NCBI RefSeq assembly: GCF_000012345.1
Contig: NC_007205.1
Span: forward strand, 390,001 to 422,000
From: Candidatus Pelagibacter ubique HTCC1062
GTDB taxonomy: Bacteria; Pseudomonadota; Alphaproteobacteria; Pelagibacterales; Pelagibacteraceae
Direction of reading: 5' to 3'
Length of the DNA: 32,000 nucleotides
Shown here piece by piece: positions 1 through 8,798 of this stretch. The notes under the pieces were generated by a model that was not told the origin of the DNA, made no database searches, and was given only the letters and a program-made list of their open reading frames with translations. Position numbers and translations under genes: made by a program. Positions within the stretch are counted from its first letter, which is position 1, and the number at the start of each line of letters is the position of its first letter.

Positions 1-117
1 GCAAAAACAGCTAGAGAAGAAGGTTTTCCAGAAATAGCTGATTGGTTTGAAACTTTAGCAAAAGCTGAAAAATCACACGCAGGTAAATTCCAAAAAACAT
101 TAGAATCTATTGCGTAA
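1..117 (+). CDS. Rubrerythrin/ferritin-like diiron protein; only the C-terminal 38 codons are present (5' end lies outside the window)
   Basis: Frame +1 reads AKTAREEGFPEIADWFETLAKAEKSHAGKFQKTLESIA, then TAA at 115-117. AKAEKSH looks like the last E-x-x-H diiron ligand helix of rubrerythrin-type four-helix bundles. The fragment sits directly upstream of a CCG Fe-S protein and a DUF3501 gene. Confidence 0.55.
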   Translation, partial: AKTAREEGFPEIADWFETLAKAEKSHAGKFQKTLESIA

Positions 118-131
118 ATAAAACTTAATTT

Positions 132-154
132 ATGGTGGGGTTTTCCCCCACCAT
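132..154 (+). terminator. GC-rich intercistronic hairpin (9-bp stem ATGGTGGGG/CCCCACCAT, loop TTTTC); possible attenuator or mRNA-stabilising stem
   Basis: A perfect inverted repeat read directly at 132-140 and 146-154. It starts 15 nt after the rubrerythrin stop and ends 21 nt before the next ATG. It is followed by TAAATCC rather than a U-tract, so it is not a canonical intrinsic terminator. Confidence 0.45.
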
Positions 155-174
155 TAAATCCTAAAATTTTAAAT

Positions 175-1506
175 ATGAGTAAAGAAGGCAGTATAGACGC
201 ACCCATTAGACACCCAATCAATTTTGAGCATCCAGATTTTTTAGATCCTAAAAAATTAGATGACGAAATGAGAAGAGCATTCGATATCTGCCATGGATGT
301 AGAAGATGTTTTAATTTATGTGACTCGTTTCCAAAATTATTTGACATGATAGATGAGTCAGAAAATGAGGATGTAGAAAGTTTAAAAAGTGAACAGTTTG
401 AACCTGTAGTAGATGCTTGCACATTGTGTGATATGTGTTTTATGACCAAGTGTCCTTATGTACCGCCACATGATTTTGATTTAGACTTTCCTCACTTAAT
501 GTTGAGATACAGAACAGCTCAAAAAAAATTAAATAAATTACCTGCAGTACCGGCACAATTAGCTCGAATTGATAGAAATGCAAAAATTGGTGTAATGTTA
601 TCATCCCTTATAAACTGGGCATCAAACATTAAAAATACATTTTTTAGAAAAATATTAGAATTAGTTGCTGGAATTGATATGAGGGTTAAGCTTCCAACCT
701 ACAATTCAGAAACATTTACAAAATATTTTAAAAAAAATAATATTCCAGTAAACAGTGAAGCTCCATCTAAAGATAGAAAAGTTGTAATTTATTCAACATG
801 CTTTGTTAATTTTAATAAAAAAGACACTGGTGTAGCTGCATTAAAAGTTTTAAAAAAAAATGGAGTAGAGGTTCAAGAGGCTTACCCAGGTTGTTGTGGA
901 ATGCCTTATCTCGAGCAAGCAGATTTACCAAAAGTTGTGGAGCAAGCTAAAAAAGTTTCCAAAGATTTATTAGAGTGGGTAGATAAGGGTTATCAAATTA
1001 TTACTCTAACAGCCAGCTGTGGTCTAATGTTAAAATTTGAATGGCCATTGCTATTACCAAACGATGAAAATATTAAAAGACTTTCAAAAAGTGTTAGTGA
1101 TATAGATGAGTATATCGTTGATATAGCACAAAACGAAGGCTTAGCAGAGGGCTTACAAGAAATTGATGGTGGGGTTACAGTTCACAACGCTTGTCATGCA
1201 AGAGCACAAAATATGGGTATTAAATCTAGAGATATGCTTAAATTCATTCCTAATATAAAAATGGATGTTGTTGAAAGATGTGCTGGTCACGGAGGAACTT
1301 TTGGTGTGATGAAGGAAACTCACGATCTAGCTATAAAAGTTGGAACACCAACAGCAAAACAAATTAAAAATAAAAATAATAAATACATGGCTTCAGATTG
1401 TCCTTTGGCAGGTAAGCATTTGAAACAATTAGAAACAGACACAAATATTTCAAATGATGAGGCACTTCATCCTATCGAATTAATGGCAAAAAGTTATAGA
1501 TTGTAA
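175..1506 (+). CDS. HdrD/GlpC-like (Fe-S)-binding oxidoreductase with two ferredoxin-type Cys clusters and two CCG (cysteine-rich) domains
   Basis: 443-aa ORF. Cys clusters are CHGCRRCFNLCDSFP and CTLCDMCFMTKCPYVPP. CCG-type motifs are STCF...PGCCGMP and NACH...RCAGHGG. Confidence 0.8.
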   Translation: MSKEGSIDAPIRHPINFEHPDFLDPKKLDDEMRRAFDICHGCRRCFNLCDSFPKLFDMIDESENEDVESLKSEQFEPVVDACTLCDMCFMTKCPYVPPHDFDLDFPHLMLRYRTAQKKLNKLPAVPAQLARIDRNAKIGVMLSSLINWASNIKNTFFRKILELVAGIDMRVKLPTYNSETFTKYFKKNNIPVNSEAPSKDRKVVIYSTCFVNFNKKDTGVAALKVLKKNGVEVQEAYPGCCGMPYLEQADLPKVVEQAKKVSKDLLEWVDKGYQIITLTASCGLMLKFEWPLLLPNDENIKRLSKSVSDIDEYIVDIAQNEGLAEGLQEIDGGVTVHNACHARAQNMGIKSRDMLKFIPNIKMDVVERCAGHGGTFGVMKETHDLAIKVGTPTAKQIKNKNNKYMASDCPLAGKHLKQLETDTNISNDEALHPIELMAKSYRL

Positions 1507-1508
1507 TT

Positions 1509-2102
1509 ATGAGTAAAGAAAAAAGACTAATAGAAAAAGAAGACTTACTACCATCTGATGTTTACGCAAAAAGTAGAAAACAAATCAGAAAAGATTTAGT
1601 TGAGTTTAAAAAAGATAGAAGAATAGCACTTGGTCCTTATGCTACTTTTTATTTTGAAAGTTTTGAAACTATGGTTGCCCAAGTTCAAGAAATGCTTCAC
1701 ATCGAAAAAGGTGGAGATGAGCAATTAAAAGATGAATTAATAGCCTACAATCCCTTAGTACCAAGTGGAAAAGAACTTATAGCAACATTAATGTTTGAAA
1801 TTGATAATCCAATTTCAAGAGCTAAATTTTTAGGTAAAGTTGGAGGTATTGAAGAAAAGGTATTTATGAAAATTAATAATGAAATTGTTAAAGCAGTTCC
1901 AGAAGCAGATGTTGACAGAACATCAGCAGAAGGAAAAGCTTCTTCAGTACAGTTTATCCATTTCAAATTAAATGATGATCAAATTTCTAAATTTAAATCA
2001 GATAGTGCAACTATCGAACTTGGGATTGATCATAAAGAGTATACTCACACAACAAAACTATCAGAAAATAGCATTAAATCGCTATGTGATGATTTTATCT
2101 AA
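1509..2102 (+). CDS. DUF3501-family protein (uncharacterised)
   Basis: 197-aa ORF starting 2 nt after the upstream stop. The pattern RRIALGPYATFYFESFETMVAQVQEMLHIEK ... AYNPLVPSG ... ATLMFE ... VQFIHFKL ... LGIDHKEY matches my recollection of DUF3501 proteins, which occur next to HdrD-like Fe-S proteins and rubrerythrins. Confidence 0.65.
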   Translation: MSKEKRLIEKEDLLPSDVYAKSRKQIRKDLVEFKKDRRIALGPYATFYFESFETMVAQVQEMLHIEKGGDEQLKDELIAYNPLVPSGKELIATLMFEIDNPISRAKFLGKVGGIEEKVFMKINNEIVKAVPEADVDRTSAEGKASSVQFIHFKLNDDQISKFKSDSATIELGIDHKEYTHTTKLSENSIKSLCDDFI

Positions 2103-2544
2103 TAGAACCCCAAATATTTTCAGTTTTGATCCAGCCTGAATAATCTTCAGTTTTTACGTTACACCATATATTTTCACATTTTTTTAAGATTAATAGTCTT
2201 CCCTTTTCTAGTTTGGCTATTGGTTTTGAAAAGTTAGATGGTTTTTTATATAAAATTTTATCTTCTAAAATAATAATAGAATTTGATTTTTTAATCTGAG
2301 AAATGTGGATCCATCCACTATTATTTTTTAAATCTACAATTCTCCTAAAATTTTCTTTTTGATCTATTTGTTTTATCGGTAAATTTATTTTTTTATAAAT
2401 ATATTTGATTTTTGAATCAAAACTTGGTCCATATCGAACATTTACTTTACTTTTTTTTAAAGAAAGAAACTTTTCTTCTGCCATTGAAAATTGACCAAAT
2501 AAAACTGATAGACACAAAAACCAGATAGCTATTTTTTTTATCAT
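2095..2544 (-). CDS. Secreted bacterial SH3-like domain protein (DUF1058/SH3b type)
   Basis: 149-aa ORF with an N-terminal signal-like segment (MIKKIAIWFLCLSVLFGQFSMA). It continues with VNVRYGPS...NFRRIVDLKNNSGWIHISQI and a second ...WCNVKTEDYSGWIKTENIWG repeat, typical of alphaproteobacterial SH3b proteins. Confidence 0.7.
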   Translation of the reverse strand: MIKKIAIWFLCLSVLFGQFSMAEEKFLSLKKSKVNVRYGPSFDSKIKYIYKKINLPIKQIDQKENFRRIVDLKNNSGWIHISQIKKSNSIIILEDKILYKKPSNFSKPIAKLEKGRLLILKKCENIWCNVKTEDYSGWIKTENIWGSIR

Positions 2545-3296
2545 TTACAAAAACAGTTTTTTCTTTTTTTAAGTTTAACTTTTCTAAAATTTAATTGTAA
2601 TAAATCTAAGATAAAAATATATCCATCAAGACTTTTTCCAATACCAAGTATTTTCTTTAAAACTTCATTTGCTTGTATTGTTCCAATTATACCAGCAACA
2701 GTGCCAAGAATACCTTCTGACTCGCAATTTAATAAGTCATCTGAAATATCAGAGTCTTGAAAAAAACATCTTAAACATGGAATTTTTTTATTTTTAAAAT
2801 TAAAAGTAAATATATGACCGTCAAATTTACTTATGGCTCCGGTTACAAGTATTTTTTTAAATTTATAACAAAAATCATTTAATAAAAATTTTGTTGAAAA
2901 ATTATCAGAACCATCAACTATATAATCATAATCTTTTATAATTTTCTTAAAGTTATTTTTATCAAGTCTTATTTTGTAAATTTTAATTTTAATACTTGGG
3001 TTTATTTTTTTAATTTTAACCCTTGCTACTTGAACTTTAAATTTTTCTATATCGCTGGTGTTATAAAGACTTTGTCTGTGTAGATTAGATAAACTAACTT
3101 TATCATCATCAACTATACCTATCGAACCAACCCCAGCTCTTGCAAGAAATTCTGCAACAGGAGATCCTAAACCACCCATTCCAACAATTAAAACTTTTGA
3201 AGATATAATTTTTTTTTGTCCAATAGTGCCAATATCTTTAAGTACTATTTGTCTTGAGTATCTTTCTATTGATGCTTTTTTTAATTGGCTATTCAT
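2541..3296 (-). CDS. ThiF/MoeB/HesA-family E1-like adenylyltransferase
   Basis: 251 aa. RYSRQI...GQKKI...VLIVGMGGLGSPVAEFLARAGVGSIGIVDDDKVSLSNLHRQ is the classic nucleotide-binding signature. C-terminal Cys pairs are CLRC and CFC. I cannot tell thiF from moeB by eye. Confidence 0.85.
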   Translation of the reverse strand: MNSQLKKASIERYSRQIVLKDIGTIGQKKIISSKVLIVGMGGLGSPVAEFLARAGVGSIGIVDDDKVSLSNLHRQSLYNTSDIEKFKVQVARVKIKKINPSIKIKIYKIRLDKNNFKKIIKDYDYIVDGSDNFSTKFLLNDFCYKFKKILVTGAISKFDGHIFTFNFKNKKIPCLRCFFQDSDISDDLLNCESEGILGTVAGIIGTIQANEVLKKILGIGKSLDGYIFILDLLQLNFRKVKLKKRKNCFCK

Positions 3297-3730
3297 TTAC
3301 CTGTTGAGCCAAATCCACCATCACCTCGCAATGTATCAGGTAAATTATCTGTTTCTTCAAACTCCATCTTAATTACAGGCATTAAGACCATTTGTGCTAT
3401 TCTATCTTTATTGTTGATAAGGAAATCTTCTTTACCATGATTAAAAAGTATAACTTTAATTTCTCCTCTATAATCACTATCAATTGTCCCCGGAGTGTTT
3501 AAAACTGTAATACTTTTTTTAGCAGCCAAACCAGATCGAGGACGAATTTGAACTTCATAATCCTCTGAAAATGCCATTGAAAGCCCTGTAGGAACCAAAT
3601 ATGAGCTATTAGGTGCTATTCTAATAGGCTCCTCTATAAAAGCCATCAAATCCATACCTGAAGCACCATCTGTTTTGTAAGCAGGTAATTCTACTTTAGG
3701 ATTTAATTTTTTGATTAATACTTTAGCCAC
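3293..3730 (-). CDS. dut: dUTP diphosphatase (dUTPase)
   Basis: 145 aa with the dUTPase motifs GASGMDL, RPRSGLA, GTIDSDYRGE and RGDGGFGSTG. There is a 4-nt overlap with the downstream gene. Confidence 0.95.
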   Translation of the reverse strand: MAKVLIKKLNPKVELPAYKTDGASGMDLMAFIEEPIRIAPNSSYLVPTGLSMAFSEDYEVQIRPRSGLAAKKSITVLNTPGTIDSDYRGEIKVILFNHGKEDFLINNKDRIAQMVLMPVIKMEFEETDNLPDTLRGDGGFGSTGK

Positions 3731-3736
3731 TGAATT

Positions 3737-4942
3737 TTAATTTAATCTTTTAATAACTCTATCTACTATTTCATCAGAAATTTCAGATTTACTTTTTATT
3801 GTAAGCCTTTCATCATCCATATTTTTATCTCTATAATAAATCGAAACTTCATTAAAACTAGAGTCAAATCCAATTGCTTTATTGGAAACATCATTTGCAA
3901 TTATCCAATCACAGTTTTTTTCATCTAATTTTTTTTTTGCATTTTCTTCTATATTATTAGTTTCTGCAGCAAATCCAATTACCAACTTTGGTCTAAGAGA
4001 ATTATGTTTTGATACATAATTTAAAATATCAATATTTTTTTCTAGTTCTAGATTTAATTTTTCTTGCTTTTTAATTTTGCTATTACTTATTTCTTTAACT
4101 TTAAAGTCAGCAACAGCTGCTGAAAAAATTGCTACATCTGTTGGTAAATTATTTTGTGCAGCTTTAAACATTTCGTCTGCAGTTTCTACTTTAATTAAGT
4201 TTATATTGTTGCCTACTTCTAAATTTGTAGGTCCAGAAATTAAAGTGGTTTGAAATCCTTTTTTAGCAAATGCTTTTGCTAAAGCATAACCTTGTTTTCC
4301 AGAAGATTTATTTGTTATAAATCTTACAGGGTCAATATATTCATTAGTTGGTCCAGCCGTTACTAAGGCTTTTAATTTATAATTTTTATTTAATTCACTA
4401 AAGTATAAATTAATTTCTTGAACAATATTATCTGGTTCAGTCATTTTCCCTTCACCAAATTCTCCACAGGCCATATCTCCAATTTCAGGACCTATAATTT
4501 TATAACCAAATGATCTTAATTTTTTAAGGTTTTCTTTCGTCGATGGATGGTCCCACATTCTAACATTCATTGCTGGTGTTAAAAAAATATCTTTATCGGA
4601 AGCCAAAATTACAGTTGAGGCAAGATCATCTGAAGACCCTGTGCTTAATTTTGAGATTGTATTAGCGGTAGCTGGAGCTACAACAATTAAGTCTGCCCAT
4701 CTAGATAGTGAAATATGATCCATTTCAGCCTCATTTTCAGGGTTAAATAAATCGTCATAAACTTTTTCTTGAGATAGTGAGGCAACGGACAAAGGAGTTA
4801 CAAATTCTTTAGCACTTTTAGTAAGAATAGTTTTAACCTTTGCACCTAATTTTTTTAATGATCTGATTAATTCTAAACTTTTGTAAGCAGATATGCCACC
4901 ACATATTATTAAAAGTATTTTTCTTTCAGATATATTATTCAT
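3737..4942 (-). CDS. coaBC: Bifunctional phosphopantothenoylcysteine decarboxylase / phosphopantothenate-cysteine ligase
   Basis: 401 aa. The N-terminal flavoprotein domain shows ILLIICGGISAYKS and PAMNVRMW. The C-terminal CoaB domain shows LVTAGPTNEYIDPVRFITNKSSGKQG and AAVADF. The dfp-dut adjacency is classical. Confidence 0.95.
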   Translation of the reverse strand: MNNISERKILLIICGGISAYKSLELIRSLKKLGAKVKTILTKSAKEFVTPLSVASLSQEKVYDDLFNPENEAEMDHISLSRWADLIVVAPATANTISKLSTGSSDDLASTVILASDKDIFLTPAMNVRMWDHPSTKENLKKLRSFGYKIIGPEIGDMACGEFGEGKMTEPDNIVQEINLYFSELNKNYKLKALVTAGPTNEYIDPVRFITNKSSGKQGYALAKAFAKKGFQTTLISGPTNLEVGNNINLIKVETADEMFKAAQNNLPTDVAIFSAAVADFKVKEISNSKIKKQEKLNLELEKNIDILNYVSKHNSLRPKLVIGFAAETNNIEENAKKKLDEKNCDWIIANDVSNKAIGFDSSFNEVSIYYRDKNMDDERLTIKSKSEISDEIVDRVIKRLN

Positions 4943-4950
4943 TGTGAGAA

Positions 4951-6519
4951 TTAAAATACTACTAGACCAAAAATTACAAGCAGTAATAAACCAACAATAG
5001 ACTGATTTCTAAAGGCAGTCATTTCAGATCTCTTTTCATTTAAGGCAGTAAATGAATTTGAATTTTGGGGGATCTGTCCACTTGCTAAAAATGATAAAGC
5101 TTGATTGGCTTTATCCATAATCTCTGGAAAATCAGGCAATCTTTTAATTACTTCAGTAGTACTTTTTAAACTTTCATTTAAGGTATTAATTGGATCTTTT
5201 GTTTCTCTTAACCAACTTTCTAAAACTGGTTTTGAAGTTTCCCATATATTGGTATTAGGGTTAAGTTTTCTCGCAACACCCTCAACCACTACCATTGTTT
5301 TTTGTAACATTAATAATTGAGGTTGAGTTTGCATATTAAATTTTTCAGTAACTTCAAAAAGTTGTTTTAATAATTTTCCCCCAGAAATATCTTTTACAGA
5401 TTGACCAAAAATTGGTTCACCAATTGATCTTAATGCTTGTGCTAAATCATTAACAGGCACATCTTTAGGAACTAGACCAGCAACCAAATGTACCTCAGCA
5501 ACTTTTTTGTAGTCTCTTTGAATAAATCCAAATAAAATTTCAGCTAAAAATCTTTTGCTAAGATTGTCTAATCTTCCCATTATTCCAAAATCTATAGGAA
5601 CAATTTGCCCATTATCGTCAATAAATATATTTCCTTGATGCATGTCAGCATGAAAAAAACCGTCTCTAACAGCATGTCTTAAAAAATGCTGAATTACATC
5701 AGAGGCTATTCTCTTAGTATCTATATTTCTTTTTTGTAAATCTTCTGTTTCACGAATAGAAACGCCTTCTACCCAATCAAGTGTCATGACATTTTCGCTT
5801 GTAAAATTCCAATAAATAGCAGGAACTCTAAAACCTGCATCATTCTTTGTATTTTCGGCATATTCATTTGCAGCTGCTGCTTCAAATCTTAAATCCATTT
5901 CTAAATTAGTTATTTCTTTAAGAAGAAAAACTACTTCTACCAATTTCAGCCTTTTTGTTTTTTTTATAAATGACTCAACCATAAAAGCAAAAAGCATCAA
6001 AGCATCTATCTCTTCATTAAATACTTTTTTTATATTTGGTCTTAAAATTTTAATAGCAACATCTTTTATGGTTCCATTGTCATTTATTTTTGCTTTATGA
6101 ACCTGTGCTATTGAAGCTGCTGCAACTGGTTCACTTAAATCAATGATTGAATTGAAAGTATCATCTCCTAGGTCTTTTTTAATTATTGCCTTTGCTTCAG
6201 TTAAAGTAAAAGCGGGCAATCTATCTTGTAAGCCCTCTAACTGTTTTGCTAAATCATCTCCGATAATATCAGGTCTAGTAACCAAAAATTGTCCTAACTT
6301 AATAAATGTAGTTCCCATTGATTGTAGCGACTTAGAAAGTTTTGCTCCTTCATTTTCGTTTAAATTATTTTTATTAGGTGGAGAAAAAGAAAATGAAAGT
6401 ATTTGGAAGAGAATCTTAATTGCTAATGGTGGTTTTTTAAATTTAGAAAGAATAGTTAATATATCAGAACGAGCTAATTTTCTTCCTAATTTAAATAAGA
6501 TGAATATTTTTTTTAACAT
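4951..6519 (-). CDS. ubiB: UbiB/ABC1-family atypical kinase (ubiquinone biosynthesis)
   Basis: 522 aa. Motifs include FIKLGQFLVTRPDIIG, AAASIAQVHKA, FHADMHQGNIF and IDFGIMG, with a C-terminal TM segment. It lies immediately downstream of ubiE with a 1-nt overlap. Confidence 0.9.
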   Translation of the reverse strand: MLKKIFILFKLGRKLARSDILTILSKFKKPPLAIKILFQILSFSFSPPNKNNLNENEGAKLSKSLQSMGTTFIKLGQFLVTRPDIIGDDLAKQLEGLQDRLPAFTLTEAKAIIKKDLGDDTFNSIIDLSEPVAAASIAQVHKAKINDNGTIKDVAIKILRPNIKKVFNEEIDALMLFAFMVESFIKKTKRLKLVEVVFLLKEITNLEMDLRFEAAAANEYAENTKNDAGFRVPAIYWNFTSENVMTLDWVEGVSIRETEDLQKRNIDTKRIASDVIQHFLRHAVRDGFFHADMHQGNIFIDDNGQIVPIDFGIMGRLDNLSKRFLAEILFGFIQRDYKKVAEVHLVAGLVPKDVPVNDLAQALRSIGEPIFGQSVKDISGGKLLKQLFEVTEKFNMQTQPQLLMLQKTMVVVEGVARKLNPNTNIWETSKPVLESWLRETKDPINTLNESLKSTTEVIKRLPDFPEIMDKANQALSFLASGQIPQNSNSFTALNEKRSEMTAFRNQSIVGLLLLVIFGLVVF

Positions 6520-7223
6520 TAGATTTTCCAGCCTGAATGAATAGCTACAATTCCACCTGATAAGTTTCTATAACTGCAGTTAACAAATTTATTTTTATTC
6601 ATTAAATCAATTAACTCTTCTTGATTAATAAACTCTTCAATACTTTTAACTAGATATTCATAAGGTTCTTTTTGTCCAACTATAGCTTTTCCAACTAAAG
6701 GAATAAGTTTTGAATAATTTTTATATATAAAGTCTAAATTAGAGTTTTGAATTTTAGAAAATTCTAAACATAAGTAACGACCTCCTGGTTTTAAAACTCT
6801 ATAAGCTTCTGATAAAGCTTTATTTAGATCTTTAGTATTTCGTAGTCCAAAACTAATTGTATAATAATCACAAGAATTATCTTTAATAGGCAACTTTTCA
6901 GCTGGAGCAATTATCCAATTGATATTTTTATAAGTATTTAACTTTTCTTTGCCTTTACCAATCATCCCTTTATTTGGATCAACGCAAAATATTTCACCAT
7001 TTTTATCAGTTGCATCTAAAAAAAGTTTACCAAGATCTCCAGTTCCGCAGGCGACATCAATTAAAGTTTTATTATTTGAAGGGTTCATCCAACTTAATAG
7101 ATCTTTTTTCCAAATTCTATGAACACCCAATGACATAAAGTCATTCATTAAATCATATTTGTCATAGACATTATCAAAGACACTTTGGACAAGGCCCTTT
7201 TTGTTTTGGAGATATTGCTGCAT
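6519..7223 (-). CDS. ubiE: Demethylmenaquinone/ubiquinone C-methyltransferase
   Basis: 234 aa. Contains YDLMNDFMSLGVHRIWK, the SAM motif DVACGTGDL, FGLRN and LKPGGRYLCLEFS. Confidence 0.9.
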   Translation of the reverse strand: MQQYLQNKKGLVQSVFDNVYDKYDLMNDFMSLGVHRIWKKDLLSWMNPSNNKTLIDVACGTGDLGKLFLDATDKNGEIFCVDPNKGMIGKGKEKLNTYKNINWIIAPAEKLPIKDNSCDYYTISFGLRNTKDLNKALSEAYRVLKPGGRYLCLEFSKIQNSNLDFIYKNYSKLIPLVGKAIVGQKEPYEYLVKSIEEFINQEELIDLMNKNKFVNCSYRNLSGGIVAIHSGWKI

Positions 7224-7258
7224 ATTAAATTTATTATTTATTGATAATATAGTCTCAA

Positions 7259-8122
7259 ATGCCAGAATTACCAGAAGTAGAAATAGTCAAACAATCGCTA
7301 TCTAAAAAATTAGAGCATAAAAAAATCAAAAAAATAATAATTACGAATAGAAATTTAAGGTTTAAAATTCCTTTAAAATTTGAAGAATTATTAAAAAATA
7401 AAATTATTAAAAAAGTAACTAGATTTTCAAAGTATTTGATCTTGAATTTTTCTGATCAATCTTTTTGTTTAATTCATTTAGGGATGTCTGGAACTGTTCA
7501 TTTAATAAAAAAAAATAATATTAGTAAGTTTACCAATACTAGTTTTTATAATTCACCAAGCCTACCAAAAAAACATAATCATGTTGAAATTCATTTTAAA
7601 GGTTTAAGAGTTATATACAATGATCCTAGAAGATTTGGATTTTTTAAATTTATAGAAAACAAGAAGGAACTTGAAAAAAGATTTAGTCATTTAGGACCTG
7701 AACCATTTTTTAAAAATTTTAACTTAGAATATTTAATTGGTTATTTCACAAATAAAAAAAAGGATATAAAAAGTTTCTTATTAGATCAAAAATTTGTATC
7801 AGGAATTGGAAATATTTATGCTAGTGAAATTTTATTTTTATGTAAAATTAATCCAATTACCTATGCATCAAAGTTAACCAAGCAAGATTGCAAAAAAATT
7901 ATTACTTATTCAAAAAGTGTACTTAATAGGGCTATTAAAAAAGGAGGGTCAAGTATTCGAGATTTTAAAAACATCACTGGAAAAAGTGGAAATTTCCAAA
8001 AAGAATTTAGGGTGTATCAAAGAGAAAATCTAAGCTGCTTAAGAACTAAATGTAATGGGAAAATTCAGAAAATATTTATATCTAATAGGTCAACATTCTT
8101 TTGTAATACATGCCAAAAATAG
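7259..8122 (+). CDS. mutM: Formamidopyrimidine-DNA glycosylase
   Basis: 287 aa starting MPELPEVE. Contains LGPEP, a GIGNIYASE helix-two-turn-helix motif and a C-terminal C-x2-C...C-x2-C zinc finger (CLRTKC...CNTC). Confidence 0.9.
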   Translation: MPELPEVEIVKQSLSKKLEHKKIKKIIITNRNLRFKIPLKFEELLKNKIIKKVTRFSKYLILNFSDQSFCLIHLGMSGTVHLIKKNNISKFTNTSFYNSPSLPKKHNHVEIHFKGLRVIYNDPRRFGFFKFIENKKELEKRFSHLGPEPFFKNFNLEYLIGYFTNKKKDIKSFLLDQKFVSGIGNIYASEILFLCKINPITYASKLTKQDCKKIITYSKSVLNRAIKKGGSSIRDFKNITGKSGNFQKEFRVYQRENLSCLRTKCNGKIQKIFISNRSTFFCNTCQK

Positions 8123-8134
8123 GGAATTATTCTA

Positions 8135-8163
8135 TTGACCACTATAAATTCTCAAGCTATACC
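8135..8163 (+). promoter_or_regulatory. Candidate sigma70-type promoter for rpsT (TTGACC, 17-nt spacer, TATACC)
   Basis: TTGACC at 8135-8140 and TATACC at 8158-8163, read directly. This would give a leader of only a few nt before the ATG at 8173. The call rests on hexamer matching only. Confidence 0.3.
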
Positions 8164-8172
8164 ACTGCGCTT

Positions 8173-8433
8173 ATGGCAAACACAAAATCAGCAATTAAAA
8201 GAATTAGAAGAATTGCTACACAAACATTGGTTAATAAGGCTCGTAAGAGCAAGTATAGAAATGCTATAAAAAAAATGAACCTTCTTCTGGTAGAAAAGAA
8301 AAAAGACGAAGCTCTAAAATTCTTGCCAAAGTTGAACTCTGAGTTAATGAAAGTTGCAAAAACTGGAATTATAAAGAAAGCAAATGCTTCAAGAAACATT
8401 TCGAGAATAACAAAGAAAATTTCAGCCTTATAA
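8173..8433 (+). CDS. rpsT: 30S ribosomal protein S20
   Basis: MANTKSAIKRIRR... is the canonical bS20 N-terminus. The track ORF starts at 8110, but its first 21 codons overlap the mutM 3' end and are not S20-like, so I place the start at the ATG at 8173. Confidence 0.9.
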   Translation: MANTKSAIKRIRRIATQTLVNKARKSKYRNAIKKMNLLLVEKKKDEALKFLPKLNSELMKVAKTGIIKKANASRNISRITKKISAL

Positions 8434-8710
8434 TAAATTTATAAGACTATTTTAAATTTCAACTAATAGTACTTACATCATATAAGAAATCAAATTTTTA
8501 GATTAACTATATATAGATTTAGTAAAACAAAAAGAAACATAATTTATAAATCACACAATCATAGATTTTAAATTTGTAAAACTTAATCGTTCAATCAAAC
8601 AACACTGTGGCAAAATAATTTTTAAGATTTAAAACAGACCACCTCTTGGTTGTAATATTATATCAGCTTAGAGAGAATATTCCCGTTTGAAATGAATCAC
8701 CTATAGATTT

Positions 8711-8798
8711 AATTTATTTTTATTTTTACTAAATTATTTATTGCAAATATTAATTTTATTTATTTTTGCTTTTACAAAATTATTTATTGCAAAAAAAT
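8711..8798. repeat. Imperfect tandem direct repeat (two ~40-47 bp AT-rich units) just upstream of dnaA
   Basis: The 17-mer AAATTATTTATTGCAAA occurs exactly at 8731-8747 and 8777-8793, 46 bp apart. Each copy is preceded by a similar TTATTTTTA(C/G)-type run. Confidence 0.6.

Noticed and set aside
8110-8172. N-terminal extensions suggested by the track for rpsT (start 8110), aceF (start 29908), the PaaI thioesterase (start 25407) and lysA (TTG at 13279).
   Set aside because: The extra codons overlap the upstream gene or are AT-rich junk. In each case a canonical family N-terminus begins at an internal ATG: MANTKSAIKR, MSDKEIKVPNIGEF, MSNEFEQ and MKYIKK.
8547-8701. Calling specific DnaA boxes (TAAATCACA, TGTGGCAAA, TGAATCACC) as annotated features.
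   Set aside because: Each matches the 9-mer consensus at only 6-7 positions, and such words are expected by chance. They are mentioned as leads in the origin finding but are not supported well enough to list as features.
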